Program-made: the position numbers and the translations under genes
Notes under the pieces: generated by a model
Databases searched by the model: none
What the model saw: the letters and a program-made list of their open reading frames with translations, nothing else
What the model was told of the DNA's origin: nothing
NCBI GenBank assembly: GCA_054600435.1
Contig: BAAIJX010000014.1
Span: forward strand, 310,001-374,000
Reading direction: 5' to 3'
DNA: 64,000 bases
Source of the DNA: Neophaeotheca triangularis
Taxonomy: Eukaryota
Part shown: in pieces, positions 27,792 through 39,925 of the stretch
Layout: each line of letters begins with the position of its first letter
Numbering within the stretch: the first letter of the stretch is position 1

Positions 27792-27923
27792 CAAGGCATT
27801 ACGGGGAGAGCAAGGGTAGAGATCTCGAGGTGTCGCGAGAAGTAATGAGTGGGCGGGGCGATTGGTAGAGACAGAAGAGAGGTTTACAGCCTACAGGCGA
27901 CTGATGATGGACTGGGACACTGA

Positions 27924-27979
27924 GACTAGGACTAGGACTAGGACTAGGACTAATAAGACTAGGACTAGGGTAGGACTAG
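27924..27979. repeat. (GACTAG)n hexamer tandem repeat just upstream of the TF start codon
   Basis: gactaggactaggactaggactaggacta...gactaggactagg seen directly. Confidence 0.85.
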
Positions 27980-29439
27980 AAGGAGGATGCGGAGTTGCAA
28001 GCTCATCAAGCAAGAAAGACGGTTACGACCGGCGGGCTGCAGCGCCCAGGCGCGGTGCGGTGCAGGAGGAAGGGGAAAGGAAAGTGTGGAGCCGGGGACT
28101 ACTGTAGGTAAGTAGCCATGCAGTGGTGGTGGTGGCGGTGGTGGTGTTGGCGATGGTGTGCAATACCCGACTACCGATGCATTCATTATTACTACTGGGC
28201 GGTGGAATGGATGCGTACGTAGAACTAACTTATTGCTTGTTCGTTTAGGTAACTTACCGTATTGATCATGAGAAGAGAAAAGAGGGGAGCCAGGCCTAAT
28301 ATAAACCTTACTCTCTCTCTCTCTCTTTCTCTGTCTCTGTCTCTCTCTTGTCAGGTGACTCAGGTCAAAGTGGAAAGCGGAGACTGCTGGTGGGGAATCA
28401 TGGGGTTGAAGCGAGGTGATGGGACGAGACGCCGGTGACCAACTTCAGTAGGTACTTTACTCCATCAACAACGTCAAGTCGATTCCGGACACGCCCGCTG
28501 AACAACAAGAGAAATGCCTAGCTAAGGTGGTAGTGTCTACTACTACTGTCAATTACAGTACAGTACAGTACGATAGGATACCCGTAGGCTGTAAGTATGT
28601 AAGGTAGCTCACACTCGGCAAGGGAAAGCGGAGTTGCCGCCGATCGCAAAGCCCCGGCTCCCTCCAGGGCATGGAGGTTGGTTTCCCCCCCATCGCACGC
28701 GTGGGCAGCACGTGTGAAGAAACACAGGCCCGGGCGAGCGCCTCTTCAAGGCTGATCACGAGACCGCAACACCTGCAAAACCTTAAGGTACCTGATTACT
28801 ACCTTAAGATACCATGTGGGCATCGAGACCACCTGCAACCTCACAGCCTCACAGCCTATAGCTCGCAATCGCTCGCCTTCCGCTCAAGCTTGAAATAATC
28901 AAAGACCGTCTCGATTTTCAAAGAAATAATCTCACAGCTCACCCCTTTCCTTCCCCGGCCCTTCTTCGACTGCATGAGCACGCCAGGATCTCAATCCGCC
29001 TGGCTCGCTTCCCCAACTCAGCTGCCTGGGGCGCACCTCCACTGGCTTTCGCGCGGTCTAGATTACCCACTTAGCAGCCTTGCATCGATGCGCACGGCAA
29101 GCAGGGGTTTTTTGATATTTTCTTCGCAGACACGTAGTAGAGTCGACCAATAGTATGTAAGCAGCCCAGGAGCAGCGTCTTGTAATGGGGCGCAGAGCGA
29201 GCCCCGAATTGAAACAAGGCATAGCCAGCCAGCCAACGTTCGCGCTCGCTGTTCGTGAGTCTACGGATGTGAAAACCCGCAGTCTTAGCCGCCCACCAAC
29301 TATAAACACAAGAAATCCAGAGCTCTCCGATTTCCCCCCATCAGCTACCTTGGCAACCCCCATTCCCAGATCAAAAAACGCCTACGCTCATGCAAAGCCT
29401 CCCGAGAAAGCGCAGCACCCACCCTCGGCAGCACTCAAA

Positions 29440-31488
29440 TCAGGCGTAAAGACTCCTCCCCGAAGCCAGCCTGACGAAATCATACGGCACGTTCTGGCCC
29501 ACAAGCAGGCGAATAGTCTCGACCGCGACCCAAGCATTGGCGTCGGCGATACCGTAAGCCGTCCAGCCGAGCGCCGAGGCGACGGAGATGGGATCGCCCT
29601 TGCGCACGCCTTGCGACAGATCGACGTAGACTTTGCCCGGCCGGCTGGGAGCCTGCCTGCCATTGTTGTTAGCGTTGCCGTGGCCGTGGCCGTTGCTGTA
29701 GTGTTTGAGCAGCGGAGCCACGATGAGCGATTTCTCAGCTGGCAAGGCCGAGATGACCACAAAGGGCTCTGGCACGCGCTTGACGTCCTCGAGGCCCCTG
29801 AAGGGTTGCACGTCCGCTGCCAGCGGGCCTTGGACTTTGAAACCGATGGTGTAGATGGGGCCGATGTTGAGGCTGGTGAGCGCGAACATGGCCGCCGCGG
29901 CTTGCGATTCGGAGCTCGCGAGCACGAGCGCGGAGCGTCCCGCGTAAGCAGAGGGTACGAAGTCGCGGGTCAGTGTTGCGCGAATGCCTTTCCACGTCGC
30001 GTTGTCGCCGACGAGTGAGGTGCCGTTTGTGCTGCTTGAACGCACGACGACGGTGTCGACTTGGCCGATTGTTTTGGCTGCGTCTGAGAGAGATGGTAGG
30101 TAGGGCGCTGATGCTGCCGCTAGAGGGGGGTTGATGTAAGCGCCTCCGAAGTTGGTCTGGTGGATGAAGTGCTCGATGGAGCCTCTGGGGCTGCGCTCGA
30201 CGCAGATGAGCTGATGAGGCAGGCTGAGCTCGTTGAAGCACTTTTCGAAGAACATTGCTTGCCCGGTCGAGCGGACATTGCCGATGCCGTAGATGTCGAG
30301 CTTGGGCATCTGGCCCATTGAATGCAGCGCCGAGTTAATTTCTGCTGCACTCAGCTGACCTGGTGCAGCGATCATGGGCAACAGTGGGTGCGTGATTGGT
30401 GTAAAGACTTTGTTCAGCGTTCTTGACAGCTGCCCGGTCGGACCCATGTTCAGCCCCGATAGAGGTGGTTGAGCGTAGGTCGTCTGCACGATGGAGCGGA
30501 AGTACTCTAGCTCGTAGTTCTCCTCCATCGAATTCACTAGAGCAATCATCTTTACCACGTCTCCGTACACGGCGCCCTCCCTGAAAAGTCGCTGTGCTTC
30601 CATTGAAGTCCATTTGAAATTGCCGGAGAAGTCGTGAAAGGCTGATATGATGCGACTGTTGCCCTTTTCCTGGGCCAGCTGTTTCCTAATCTCTTCGGGC
30701 AGCCAGAGTTCAACGTCAATGTACTCACATCCCCACTGTATAGCTTTCCGCAGGTACTTGTAGAACAGTCCAGGATCGCTCATAGGGAAACGGCCATTCT
30801 CGTTGGTACATCGCGTAGTGAAGATGATTGGCAGTTCGGTACGCTGCCTGAGCAGCATCAACTGCTCTCCAACATACTTTAAGCTCGGTATCGCGCCAAA
30901 AGACCCGTCCGGTAGAGGCTCTTTGAGAAGATCCACCCGCAGCTCGACGGCATCTGCACCTACAGATAGTATGTCCAAATTCGGCAAAGCCGCTCGTACG
31001 TCTGGGAATGTTGTCGAAATCAGTGTCGTTCGCGCTTTCTTCTTGAGGTCGTCATGCGGTGAGATTTGGCCGAGGACCAACCCGACGAAGCGCGCAACAT
31101 CGCGGCGAAAGAAGGGCTTCAGCGTATAGAGGTATTCGTACTGGCATTGGTCGCCCAACTTGTCGGTCGAGTCATGCGGCTCGTCCAAACAGTGTGTGTT
31201 GATGACGATGCGGTCAAATTGGCGCAGTTGGGCGGGATCCGCTATGCGCGTGTTGTCCAGCCCCAGCACACTGTCCGGCGGCTTGGCTGCAGCCTGCTCC
31301 AGCGAGTGTATCGCTTCGAACCCTTGACCCAGAACGTTTGCGAAGGCGTTCAATATCTCTTCCTGCCCTTGGTCGTACACAATGAGCACCCGCGGCGGTT
31401 CTCGATGTATTATTTCTTCTATGCGCATCACCGTGGAGGACTTGGTCATGGTAGGCACAGCTTCCTCTGTCTGCGTCTGGGTGGCCAT
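29440..31488 (-). CDS. QutR/QA-1S-like, AROM C-terminal-derived protein (type I 3-dehydroquinase domain plus degenerate shikimate dehydrogenase-like domain)
   Basis: 682-aa ORF with ADAVELRVDLL, LPIIFTTRCTNENGRF, YIDVEL, IISAFHDF, DVVKMIA, NMGPTGQLSR, THPLLPMIAAPGQLS, followed by AAKTIGQVDTVV...LVGDNATWKGI. Confidence 0.88.
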   Translation of the reverse strand: MATQTQTEEAVPTMTKSSTVMRIEEIIHREPPRVLIVYDQGQEEILNAFANVLGQGFEAIHSLEQAAAKPPDSVLGLDNTRIADPAQLRQFDRIVINTHCLDEPHDSTDKLGDQCQYEYLYTLKPFFRRDVARFVGLVLGQISPHDDLKKKARTTLISTTFPDVRAALPNLDILSVGADAVELRVDLLKEPLPDGSFGAIPSLKYVGEQLMLLRQRTELPIIFTTRCTNENGRFPMSDPGLFYKYLRKAIQWGCEYIDVELWLPEEIRKQLAQEKGNSRIISAFHDFSGNFKWTSMEAQRLFREGAVYGDVVKMIALVNSMEENYELEYFRSIVQTTYAQPPLSGLNMGPTGQLSRTLNKVFTPITHPLLPMIAAPGQLSAAEINSALHSMGQMPKLDIYGIGNVRSTGQAMFFEKCFNELSLPHQLICVERSPRGSIEHFIHQTNFGGAYINPPLAAASAPYLPSLSDAAKTIGQVDTVVVRSSSTNGTSLVGDNATWKGIRATLTRDFVPSAYAGRSALVLASSESQAAAAMFALTSLNIGPIYTIGFKVQGPLAADVQPFRGLEDVKRVPEPFVVISALPAEKSLIVAPLLKHYSNGHGHGNANNNGRQAPSRPGKVYVDLSQGVRKGDPISVASALGWTAYGIADANAWVAVETIRLLVGQNVPYDFVRLASGRSLYA

Positions 31489-34400
31489 CCAGGCCAGGGT
31501 TGCTGCAGCTCGTCGGCGTGTGGGAGTCAGTAGTAAGGATCAAGGCGAGCAAGTCATCGGACAGAGATGTCGTGGGCGCCGTGGGTGCCGTGGGTCTGGC
31601 AGGACGATCGGGCCCGAGGCGCTTTTGAAGTCGTAGTGCTGATACTGCTGCTGCTGTTACTGCTGATCCCTAACCCCTCCATCAATTATGCCTTGTCGAC
31701 TGGGGGAAAAGGTCTCTCAAAGGCTGCTGCTTGATGAAATCAACCAGGCAATAGATGTTCCGAGGGGTTATTGCGCCGAGAGGGGCATACCAGATGCGAG
31801 ACGGGGAATTGGGATACAAGGGACTGGAGGCAACGTTATGGATAATAATGGCGGAAGGCCTTTGGGGATGCGACTCAGCATCGAGACCGGTGCACCTTTG
31901 GTGCATGTAGCCCTACACCAACGGCAATCGACAGCACAAGTAGCTTAGTAGGGAGTTTGGAGGCGCAATCAATTTATCCGCCGCGCCGAAGCCAAGGTGG
32001 ATTTGGTGGGGATGCATTTCTCCTCCAATGGCCCCCGCGATATACCTCCATTCTCAACCGTCGCATCCCTGAGCCTCTGCTGTCACATGTCTTGTCAAGA
32101 AAGCGTGTATTGGGGGGAGATGGTTGGCATTTCACCGTTTGCCCAATCGCATCGCCGGGCAGACCTCAAGTTTTGAGAGTGGTAATAGGAAACACTCAGA
32201 TGAGGGTCACTACCTTAAGCTTCTTTCCCCTAGAAAGACCCAAGTCATGCTTACAGGTATTGTCTACACTCGGCGTGATTGCTTCCAGCCACTGGGAGTT
32301 GTCTCCACGGCAGAACAGCCACTCGGGCTCTTGAGGCTTGCCGAATCATATTTCAGAATCTCTTCTAACCTTAAGAAAGATGCGAATGGTAAGCGGATGG
32401 CGTTCCTAAGCGACACGCCGAGATAGAGAGCGAATAGTTAAGGTCTTGTTCGCGAACTCCAAGAAAGAAGCCCAGGTACTACTCGGACGCTTCAAAGACG
32501 AACCTCGGTCAATCTCTAGCTTCATGTTCATGCCCGGTATAAGAAGGCAAGTAATTTATACCAATGCGAATCAGAAGGTAGGCAGGCAGGGAATCGAATG
32601 CACTTGCTTGCTGGCGGTTCCATGCCTCCCGGCAGGCCATGGCAATCAAACATGCGAGGTACCAAGTTGATCGAGGGAGCAATCGATTGTTCGGTATTCA
32701 GCGCGTTGAAGGGGGTACATTGAGATTACGAGCAAGAGCGCGAGGTGTATCACTTGGGTTGTCGGAGGTGAGGGCAGTCTACAATTCTCGCCCACTTCGA
32801 TACTTCACGTTTACCATCGCTCTTGGCTTAAAGGGATTGGAAGGTACGCGTGCAAGTTGGAATGCCATCGCGAGGGCCACGCAACACTGGTCCAGCTTGA
32901 GACAGCGAGTTTGTCAACTGCCAGAGAAGGTCTCGCGGAAGCTGAGTATTTGGTGGCTCAGGGTGAAACGCTAGGGATCAGGAGAAGAGACGACAGTCTA
33001 TTCGTGACGACTTCTACCTGATCACCGGTTCGTCACGATAATGGTACTCGCGGTCGACGTCCAGATCGGCGATATCTGTCGTGGACTGGACGCTGCTAAC
33101 TATAAATGTTGTCAGAAGGGAGAAGATCATGAGCGAATTTGAGGAAATCTGCCCCAATCTCCAGGAAAATGCCGGTCCCGAACGTTACAGATTGTATGGA
33201 GGATCGTCGCGCTCATCAGAGACCACTGTCTCGACTGAGTGCTGCGTTGAAGGTACCGTACCGTCTTACCGTTGGTGAGGGAGGGATCTTTGGACAGTAC
33301 ATGTCTGCGTAGTAGCATGGGAGCGGCGAAAGCTCCGGACTGCACATCACATTCTTTTCATCCATCTCATCAATTAGACTTGATCTAGCATGCAGTCACA
33401 CGTCGGAGAACCTTTCACTACCTACCTTAGTAGTTCCCGAAGTAGTACTAGATGGTTCGTGAAGAGAAGCAGAACACCTCGGAAGTGCAGGTGGACAGGG
33501 CTAATAATAAAAGCCGAGCTGGGCGCGAACAGGACATCATGCTAAATTGAGCTGAAACGTGGCACTGACTTGACTCGACTTCCAAACTTGACTTGACAAC
33601 GGAGGTCGCCAACCGCCTCCCGCATCCATCGGGAGGTGCAAAGCCTTCAAAGTCTTCGCGCGTACCTGCGTCAAGTCAAGCACGAGAAGCGATCCCCGAG
33701 ACTCAGCCTAGAGAAGGCTGTCGAATGCGACATGTCGCACGCAGTGGTAGGCCGACCAGGCTCTTTTCGGCAACCTGTAACACTGTCTTCCCGATCCCTG
33801 AGTCCATGGAAGTGTCGCACCACAGAAGATGGACTCCGCGTGCTCTTCCCGGACCACTGTTGGTCCCACGCACCTTGCCAGGTACGGAAGTCACCAGCAG
33901 CAGTCGACAGTCGTGTTCTGAGAAGCGTCATGACCGATGGATATGGGGGCAGGACTGCAGGACGTGGTGGTTTTCCTATGTCTACGGGCGTCCTGGTACT
34001 AACCTCGGGTAGATCTCCAACCGTTGGTCTGTTGTAATTACGGGACGCGAGGATCTCTGAGCTGCTAGGTGGCAGAGATGGTCCTAGTCGTTGCCCAGCG
34101 CCAGGCGAAATTAGATGGCGAAGCGCTGATAGACACGACTGGGCGAGAACACGAAGACTGCAACAGTACCTAGGTACAGTAGTAGTACTGCCGCTCGCGG
34201 AGACGATGACCGACCGACCGCTGAATATTCACCACAAGGGGCCTGATAAAGGGCTTCAGGCAAGGTCTCTCACTTCTGTAACGGCTGCGCACGCTGCGAC
34301 ATGTCGATGCATCACAATCAAGGGCAAGCATGTTTGTCTTTTGCCCTTTGCCTTTGCGGAGAGACAATCGACTCGCCTACCTAATAATAAGGTACCTTAG

Positions 34401-35044
34401 GTATGGCTGTATATACATATGCCCTCAAACTCACCCCTGCTACCCCTGCTGTACCTGCGTCGGAAGCGCGGCGTGGCCCGGGGTGAAGGGCTAGCGACGG
34501 AAGTGCTAACGCCCCTGTCTAAACGCCTGGGTCTCGACGAATCACAAGCCATCAAAACAGGGCACATGGCAGATTAGCTTCACCGCCGCCGTCTCCTGTA
34601 GATTACAGGCTATCATGCCCAGGAGTCAGGACATGATCCAGTCTGAGCAGCGTCTCCAGGGGGGACAGACCGGCAGACCGTCGACCGCGACACCCTGAGT
34701 GACCCTGGTATCCAACTACGGTAGGTAGTAGTCTGCTCCATTCGACTGCCTGGCCCATGCCCGCCGCTCCCTTGATATGACCTCCATCCCCTTCCCACAT
34801 CTCGCTTTGTTTCGTTTCCGTTTTGCTTCTGCCTCAAAAGACTTCTCTTCCTCGCATCACATTCGCCGTTTGCTTGCTTCACCGTCTCCAGCAGACACTC
34901 ACACTCGTTCCGGGTCATTTGCTACCCAGTCACTCGTTAACTTGCCCCAGCGCTTGTCTTCTACTCGCGGATCTGTGTTCCCCCATCCCAGTTACTCTCT
35001 ATTACAGCAACACCACAAAGATTTAAACCACACACACACACACC

Positions 35045-37502
35045 ATGCAGACCTTCAGCAGGATCGCCTTCGTGGCCTCTTTGGCCGCGGCCGTCAACGC
35101 CCAGGGCCCTCCCTCCTACGGTCCACCGCCACCATCCTACGGTGCTCCTCCGGCGCCGCCATCTTACGACTCTCCACCGGCCCCGCCAACCTACGACTCC
35201 CCCCCGGCTCCTCCCAGCTACGAGGATGCTCCTCCGGCTGAGCCCACCAGCGAGCCTGCGCCCGCCCCACCAGCATACACCCAGCCAGAGCCTGTGTCCT
35301 CTACTGAGGCTTCCCCTGAGGTTCCCGAGGAGACCGAAGCCGTTCCTCCCCCTCCTCCAGCCTACGAGACGCCCGCTCCCGTCGAGAGCTCCACTGAAGC
35401 CTCTCCCGAGGTTCCAGAGGAGACCGAGGCCGTTCCTCCCCCGGCTTACGAGACTCCCGCCGTGGAGAGCTCCACTGAGGCTGTTCCTCCTCCCGCTTAC
35501 GAGACCCCGGCCGTCGAGAGCTCTACCGAGGCCTCTCCCGAGGTCCCTGAAGAGACTGAGGCTGTTCCTCCTCCAGCTTACGAGACCCCTGCCATCGAGA
35601 GCTCCACCGAGGCCTCTCCCGAGACTCCTGCTGAGATGACCTCTTCCACTGCTCCGGCTCCCCCAGCATACGGCACTCCCGTCCCCGTCGAGAGCTCTTC
35701 TGAGGCCGTTCCCGTCTACACGACCAGCAGCGTCCCCTTCAGCTTTGTGCCAACCACCAGCTCTGAAGCCGTGCCGGTCTTGACCACCTCCACCTCGGTC
35801 TCCGACGCTCCTCCAGCCTACGGAACCCCCGATGAGGTTGAGAGCTCGACTGAGGGCTCCCCCGTTGAGGAGACCAGCAGCGTCATCTTCAGCTCCAGCT
35901 CTGTTGTGCCCACCGGCACTGGCTACTACCCCACTGGCAGCGCCTCCGTTCCGGTTGGCACTGGCTCCTACCCAGCTCCCTACCCCACCACTTCCAACGT
36001 TCCGGTAGGCACTGGCGCCAGCTCTTCCATGGAGGTCCCAGTTGGCACTGGCTCTTCTGCTGTCCCCTCGAGCGCGACTGAGGGCTCCCCCGTGGAGTCT
36101 GAGACCATGCCCGCTCCCTACCCCGTTGAGTCCGAGACTATGCCTGCTCCCTACCCGTCTGTTCCAGTCGATACCGGCGTCTCTTCCTCCGAGGTCGCCC
36201 CTGTTGGATCCAGCTCTGTCGTGGTTCCCGTCGGCTCGTCTTCGCTGCCTCCCTACCCAATCTCCTCGACCGAGGGCTCGCCTGTCACCTCTGAAATGCC
36301 TGGTACCGGCATCCCCGGCACCGGCTCGGCTTCCGTCACTTCCCCCGCCCCCACTGGCCCTGTCACCACTGAGGTGACTGAGGAGACTCTGACCTACACT
36401 CTCGGCACTGGCTCCTCCACCTCTGTCGTCACCACTACCGTCCAGGCCACCTCCACTAGGTACTTGGTTGAGGTAAGAAAAGATTCGCTTGAACATTCAA
36501 TAACTAGATGATAAGCTAACATGACCCTAGACCGTCACCATGACCAAGCCCGACGACACTGTCGAGACTGCCATTGTCAGCTACGACGAGGACAAGGATA
36601 CATTCACCACCATCTCCTCCACCTCCACTGTAACCAACGTCGTCACCGTCTTCCCGGTCGAGAGCGCGACTGCCACCGCCGACAACGACTACCCGGCTAC
36701 CCCAACTGACGTCTACGGCGCGGGTGACGACAGCGACTCTGACGAGGATACCATCCCCGGCTACGGCAGCGGCGAAGACTCCACCCCTGGCTACGAGAAC
36801 GGCGAGGAGACCACTCCCGGCAACAACGGCGGCGAGTCTGACAACGACGAGGAGACCATCCCCGGCTACGGCAACGGCGAAGAGACTACCCCCGGCAACA
36901 ACGGTGGTGACTCTGACAACGGTAACGACGATGTTCCGGCCACCAGCGTCGACAGTGCGCCAGGCACCGGCGAGACCTGCGTTCCCGGCACCACCGCCAC
37001 TGTGACCGAGAAGGAGACCGTCTACGTTACCGTCGAGCCCACCGCTGGCGCCTCCAGCACCAACGACGTCGTGCCCATCCAGTCCAGCAGCGCCCCTTAC
37101 TACCCTACCGGCGGTAACGGCGCCACCTCCTCTGGCATCGCCGGCAGCACTGGCTTCGTGACCATGCCCAAGCCAGCTGCCACCTCCAGCGTCGCCCCCG
37201 TTGAGACCGCCAGCTACAGCTTCGCCCCTAGCAGCACCGCCGACGCCAACGTCCCCGCCGAGAGCGCCACCCCCAGCGACAGCTACGAGGCGCCCCCGGC
37301 CGAGACCTCCGCCGCGCCCGTCGACGAGCAGGAGCCTGAAGAGGCCGCTCCCCCGTCCTACGAGTCCGAAGAGCCCGCCGGCCCTCCCTCTTACGAGTCA
37401 GAGGAGCCCGCTGGTCCTCCCTCCTACGAGTCCGAGGAGCCCGCCGGCCCTCCCGCCTACGAGGAGCCTGCCGCTCCCCCGGCCTACGGCCGCCGCCGTT
37501 AA
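35045..37502 (+). CDS. Secreted Pro/Ser/Thr/Glu/Tyr-rich repetitive (mucin/extensin-like) cell-surface protein
   Basis: Signal peptide MQTFSRIAFVASLAAAVNA. Intron 36473-36530 joins two ORFs in frame. Strong C-ending codon bias. Tandem repeats VESSTEASPEVPEETEAVPPPAYETP and EEPAGPPSYES. No hydrophobic GPI tail (ends PPAYGRRR). Confidence 0.88.
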
Positions 37503-38390
37503 ACGCAGCTAGCAACCACGCAAAATGCGAGCTCCGTTATCCAGCCGCCTCGACCAAAACTTGGCCGCAGGCCCCTCGCTTCTCGGCCTGATACTGTACA
37601 TTAGCCACATCACGTCATCTCAAGCAACAAAAGTCTCCTTGACAGGATTAGGAAAAAAAAGGGGGTTGCTGCGCCGCTGCTGCCAGTTTGTAAAGCGGGA
37701 AAGAAAGGCCGGCTGGGACGGCGTTGCTTTTTGCGTTTTGTGGTCAGGGATTGTTTTTGGTATAGTCTTGTCTGTACGTTTTTTGTTTTTCGCGTACCTT
37801 GGAGATGAAAGCATTTTCTTGAGAGTCGTGAAGACTGCCTGTATAGTCGTTTAGCTTGTTTTTAGCTCCGTGTAATGGTTTCGCTATGCTGTGATGATGC
37901 ATCATCTATTGGATGGGTTTGCAGTAGGAGCTGTCTATCTACCTTACTCGCAGTGAAGTACTAGTGGTATGTGGTGTCTTTCCCTCTTGTTAAACTACCA
38001 TTGGAGCAAAAAGGCATGTCACAAGATCAGGTAATGGCCGAGTCTTGGGACACCTCGGAGCAGAGTGTGACGAGTCGAACTGCATGCTCGACCTCGGTCA
38101 ATAAAAATATCATGGCGGCGCGTTTCCCTCATCAAGCAAAAGCCTTATTAGTAGGTGGACGAATGGTCCTCAGGATTCACAATCAAACGATGACTCGGTC
38201 AGTATCGTATCCGACCACTATGTTATTGTCGATCATACCTAATGATAATAATAATAATAAAAGCCAGACATGGATAAGAGCGAGAAATCGCCGACGAGTC
38301 GAAAACGCAGGAGATGGTGGTGATCTGGGCAAGAATGATAATAATCTGGACTGATCCCGGTTCCTGGGCCGGGCCAGCAGCAACGGCAGC

Positions 38391-38463
38391 ACTACTACTA
38401 CTACTACTACTACTACTACAACTAATACTACTACTACTACTACTACTACTGCAGCAGCAGCAG
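38391..38463. repeat. Compound (CTA)n/(CAG)n microsatellite
   Basis: About 20 imperfect CTA units followed by CAG units. Confidence 0.9.
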
Positions 38464-38998
38464 CGGCCAGACTCTGGTAGCTTTCTTTTCCCGTCTCCAC
38501 GCCCGCCACCACCATCCGTGTCGTGTCCATGTGGGCAGTACTAGTACTAACTTTTCCATCCTCTCGCCGTGATAGAAGTCTAACTCTAATAACGACTACC
38601 GTGACGTGACACTGCACTTCACGTCACTTTTCCTGCCCGATTCTGGCTGGCCACTACTACTAATGTTATGGCCAACTCCACCAAGCTGCAGGCCTATGCA
38701 AGCAAGACTAGGTAGTGCTAACATGCAGATGCTTTCTACTTATTGTTATTACACGACGCGACGGCTACCCGTTTGCGCTCAGAAACTACCCAAGTTACCC
38801 TTGCCGTCACTACCCTTCCCTTTTCCCCGACCCAGCATCCTCGCTCGCTTTCCTCTCCCCCCCCCATCTTTCCCGCTTCTTCCTCTCTCTCTATCTGACT
38901 TCATTTTCTTCACTTTGCTGCCGGAGTGACGACTCGCGGCCGCGTCCTGCTACCCTTTCGTCTCGTCTCATTACAAACGCTCCTTGCTCGGTGTTCCA

Positions 38999-39925
38999 AT
39001 GGCCCGGGAAAGAAGTATATCGCCCATGGGCGAGGGCCGCTTTGACCTTCCTTGGGAGCCTCCGAGCACATCCCCCACACGCCAAACACACGGTCACTAC
39101 CACGATGAAAGCAGCTCCAATTACAGCCGCGGCCACCACCACAACTACTCAAGCGACAGATCCTACAACTCCTCGGCCGCATCACCCAGCCACACGGCAA
39201 CGACAGCAACAACTGCCCAATCCTCCACCGCGCCCTCCCCTCCCACCGATCCCGCCCTCGTCGCGCAAAAAGAAGCCCTCGAAGCCCACCAAGACTGGCG
39301 TACCTTCGGCGTCGGCGACAAACCGCCCGCTCCCCAAGTCCTCGCCGCCGTCGCCAACATCCCCGTCTACGACAGCGAAGGCCGGGGCCGCATGTTCGCC
39401 TCGCTCTACGACCCCAACTGGGGCCAAACCCGCGAACCCCGCCAGCTCATCCTCTTCGTCCGCCACTTCTACTGCGGTGCCTGCCAAGCCTTCATCCGCG
39501 CTCTCGCTCGCGGCATCTCCCCCTACGACTTCTTCCACCTACCCCAGCGCACGCAGATCGTCGTCGTAGGCTGCGGCGCCCCGAACCTGATTGCGCATTA
39601 CCGCGCCGTCACAGGCTGCCCGTGGCCCATCTACGCCGACCCGAGCCGTTTGCTATTCAAGGGTTTGGGAATGTCATTGACGCTGCGTCTCGGCGGGCAG
39701 CCGCAGTATATGCACGACGTAAGCGTGCCGGATGTGCTGAAGGGGTTTCTCAAGGAGTTGAAGGGGATGCGCATGGAGGAGCGATTTCAGGGTGGGAACA
39801 TGTTTCAGATTGGCGGCGAGTTCTTGTTCGAAGAGGGGAATGTTAGGTGGTGTCATCGGATGAAGAATATGAGGGGCCATGCTGAGGTGGAGGATATTAA
39901 GAGGGTTTTGGGTATGGAGGGGTGA
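38999..39925 (+). CDS. AhpC/TSA-type peroxiredoxin-like (thioredoxin-fold) protein
   Basis: ATG at 38999. VYDSEGRGRMFASLY, LILFVRHFYCGACQAFI (CxxC), IVVVGCG, IYADPSRLLFKGLGM, QIGGEFLF...WCHRMKNMRGHAE. Confidence 0.85.
   Translation: MARERSISPMGEGRFDLPWEPPSTSPTRQTHGHYHDESSSNYSRGHHHNYSSDRSYNSSAASPSHTATTATTAQSSTAPSPPTDPALVAQKEALEAHQDWRTFGVGDKPPAPQVLAAVANIPVYDSEGRGRMFASLYDPNWGQTREPRQLILFVRHFYCGACQAFIRALARGISPYDFFHLPQRTQIVVVGCGAPNLIAHYRAVTGCPWPIYADPSRLLFKGLGMSLTLRLGGQPQYMHDVSVPDVLKGFLKELKGMRMEERFQGGNMFQIGGEFLFEEGNVRWCHRMKNMRGHAEVEDIKRVLGMEG

Noticed and set aside
31900..34700. Short ORFs and intron-like signals in a long intergenic region
   Set aside because: No coherent gene model or family match by eye.
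35300..35620. Regularly spaced DNA repeats resembling an array
   Set aside because: In-frame coding repeats of a eukaryotic protein, not a CRISPR array.
34961..36496. 511-aa Gly/Arg-rich minus-strand ORF
   Set aside because: Antisense shadow of the Pro-rich repeat gene.
37576..37590. TCGCTTCTCGGCCT resembling the U2 snRNA 5' end
   Set aside because: The rest of U2, including the GTAGTA branch-pairing region, does not follow; it lies in a 3' UTR.
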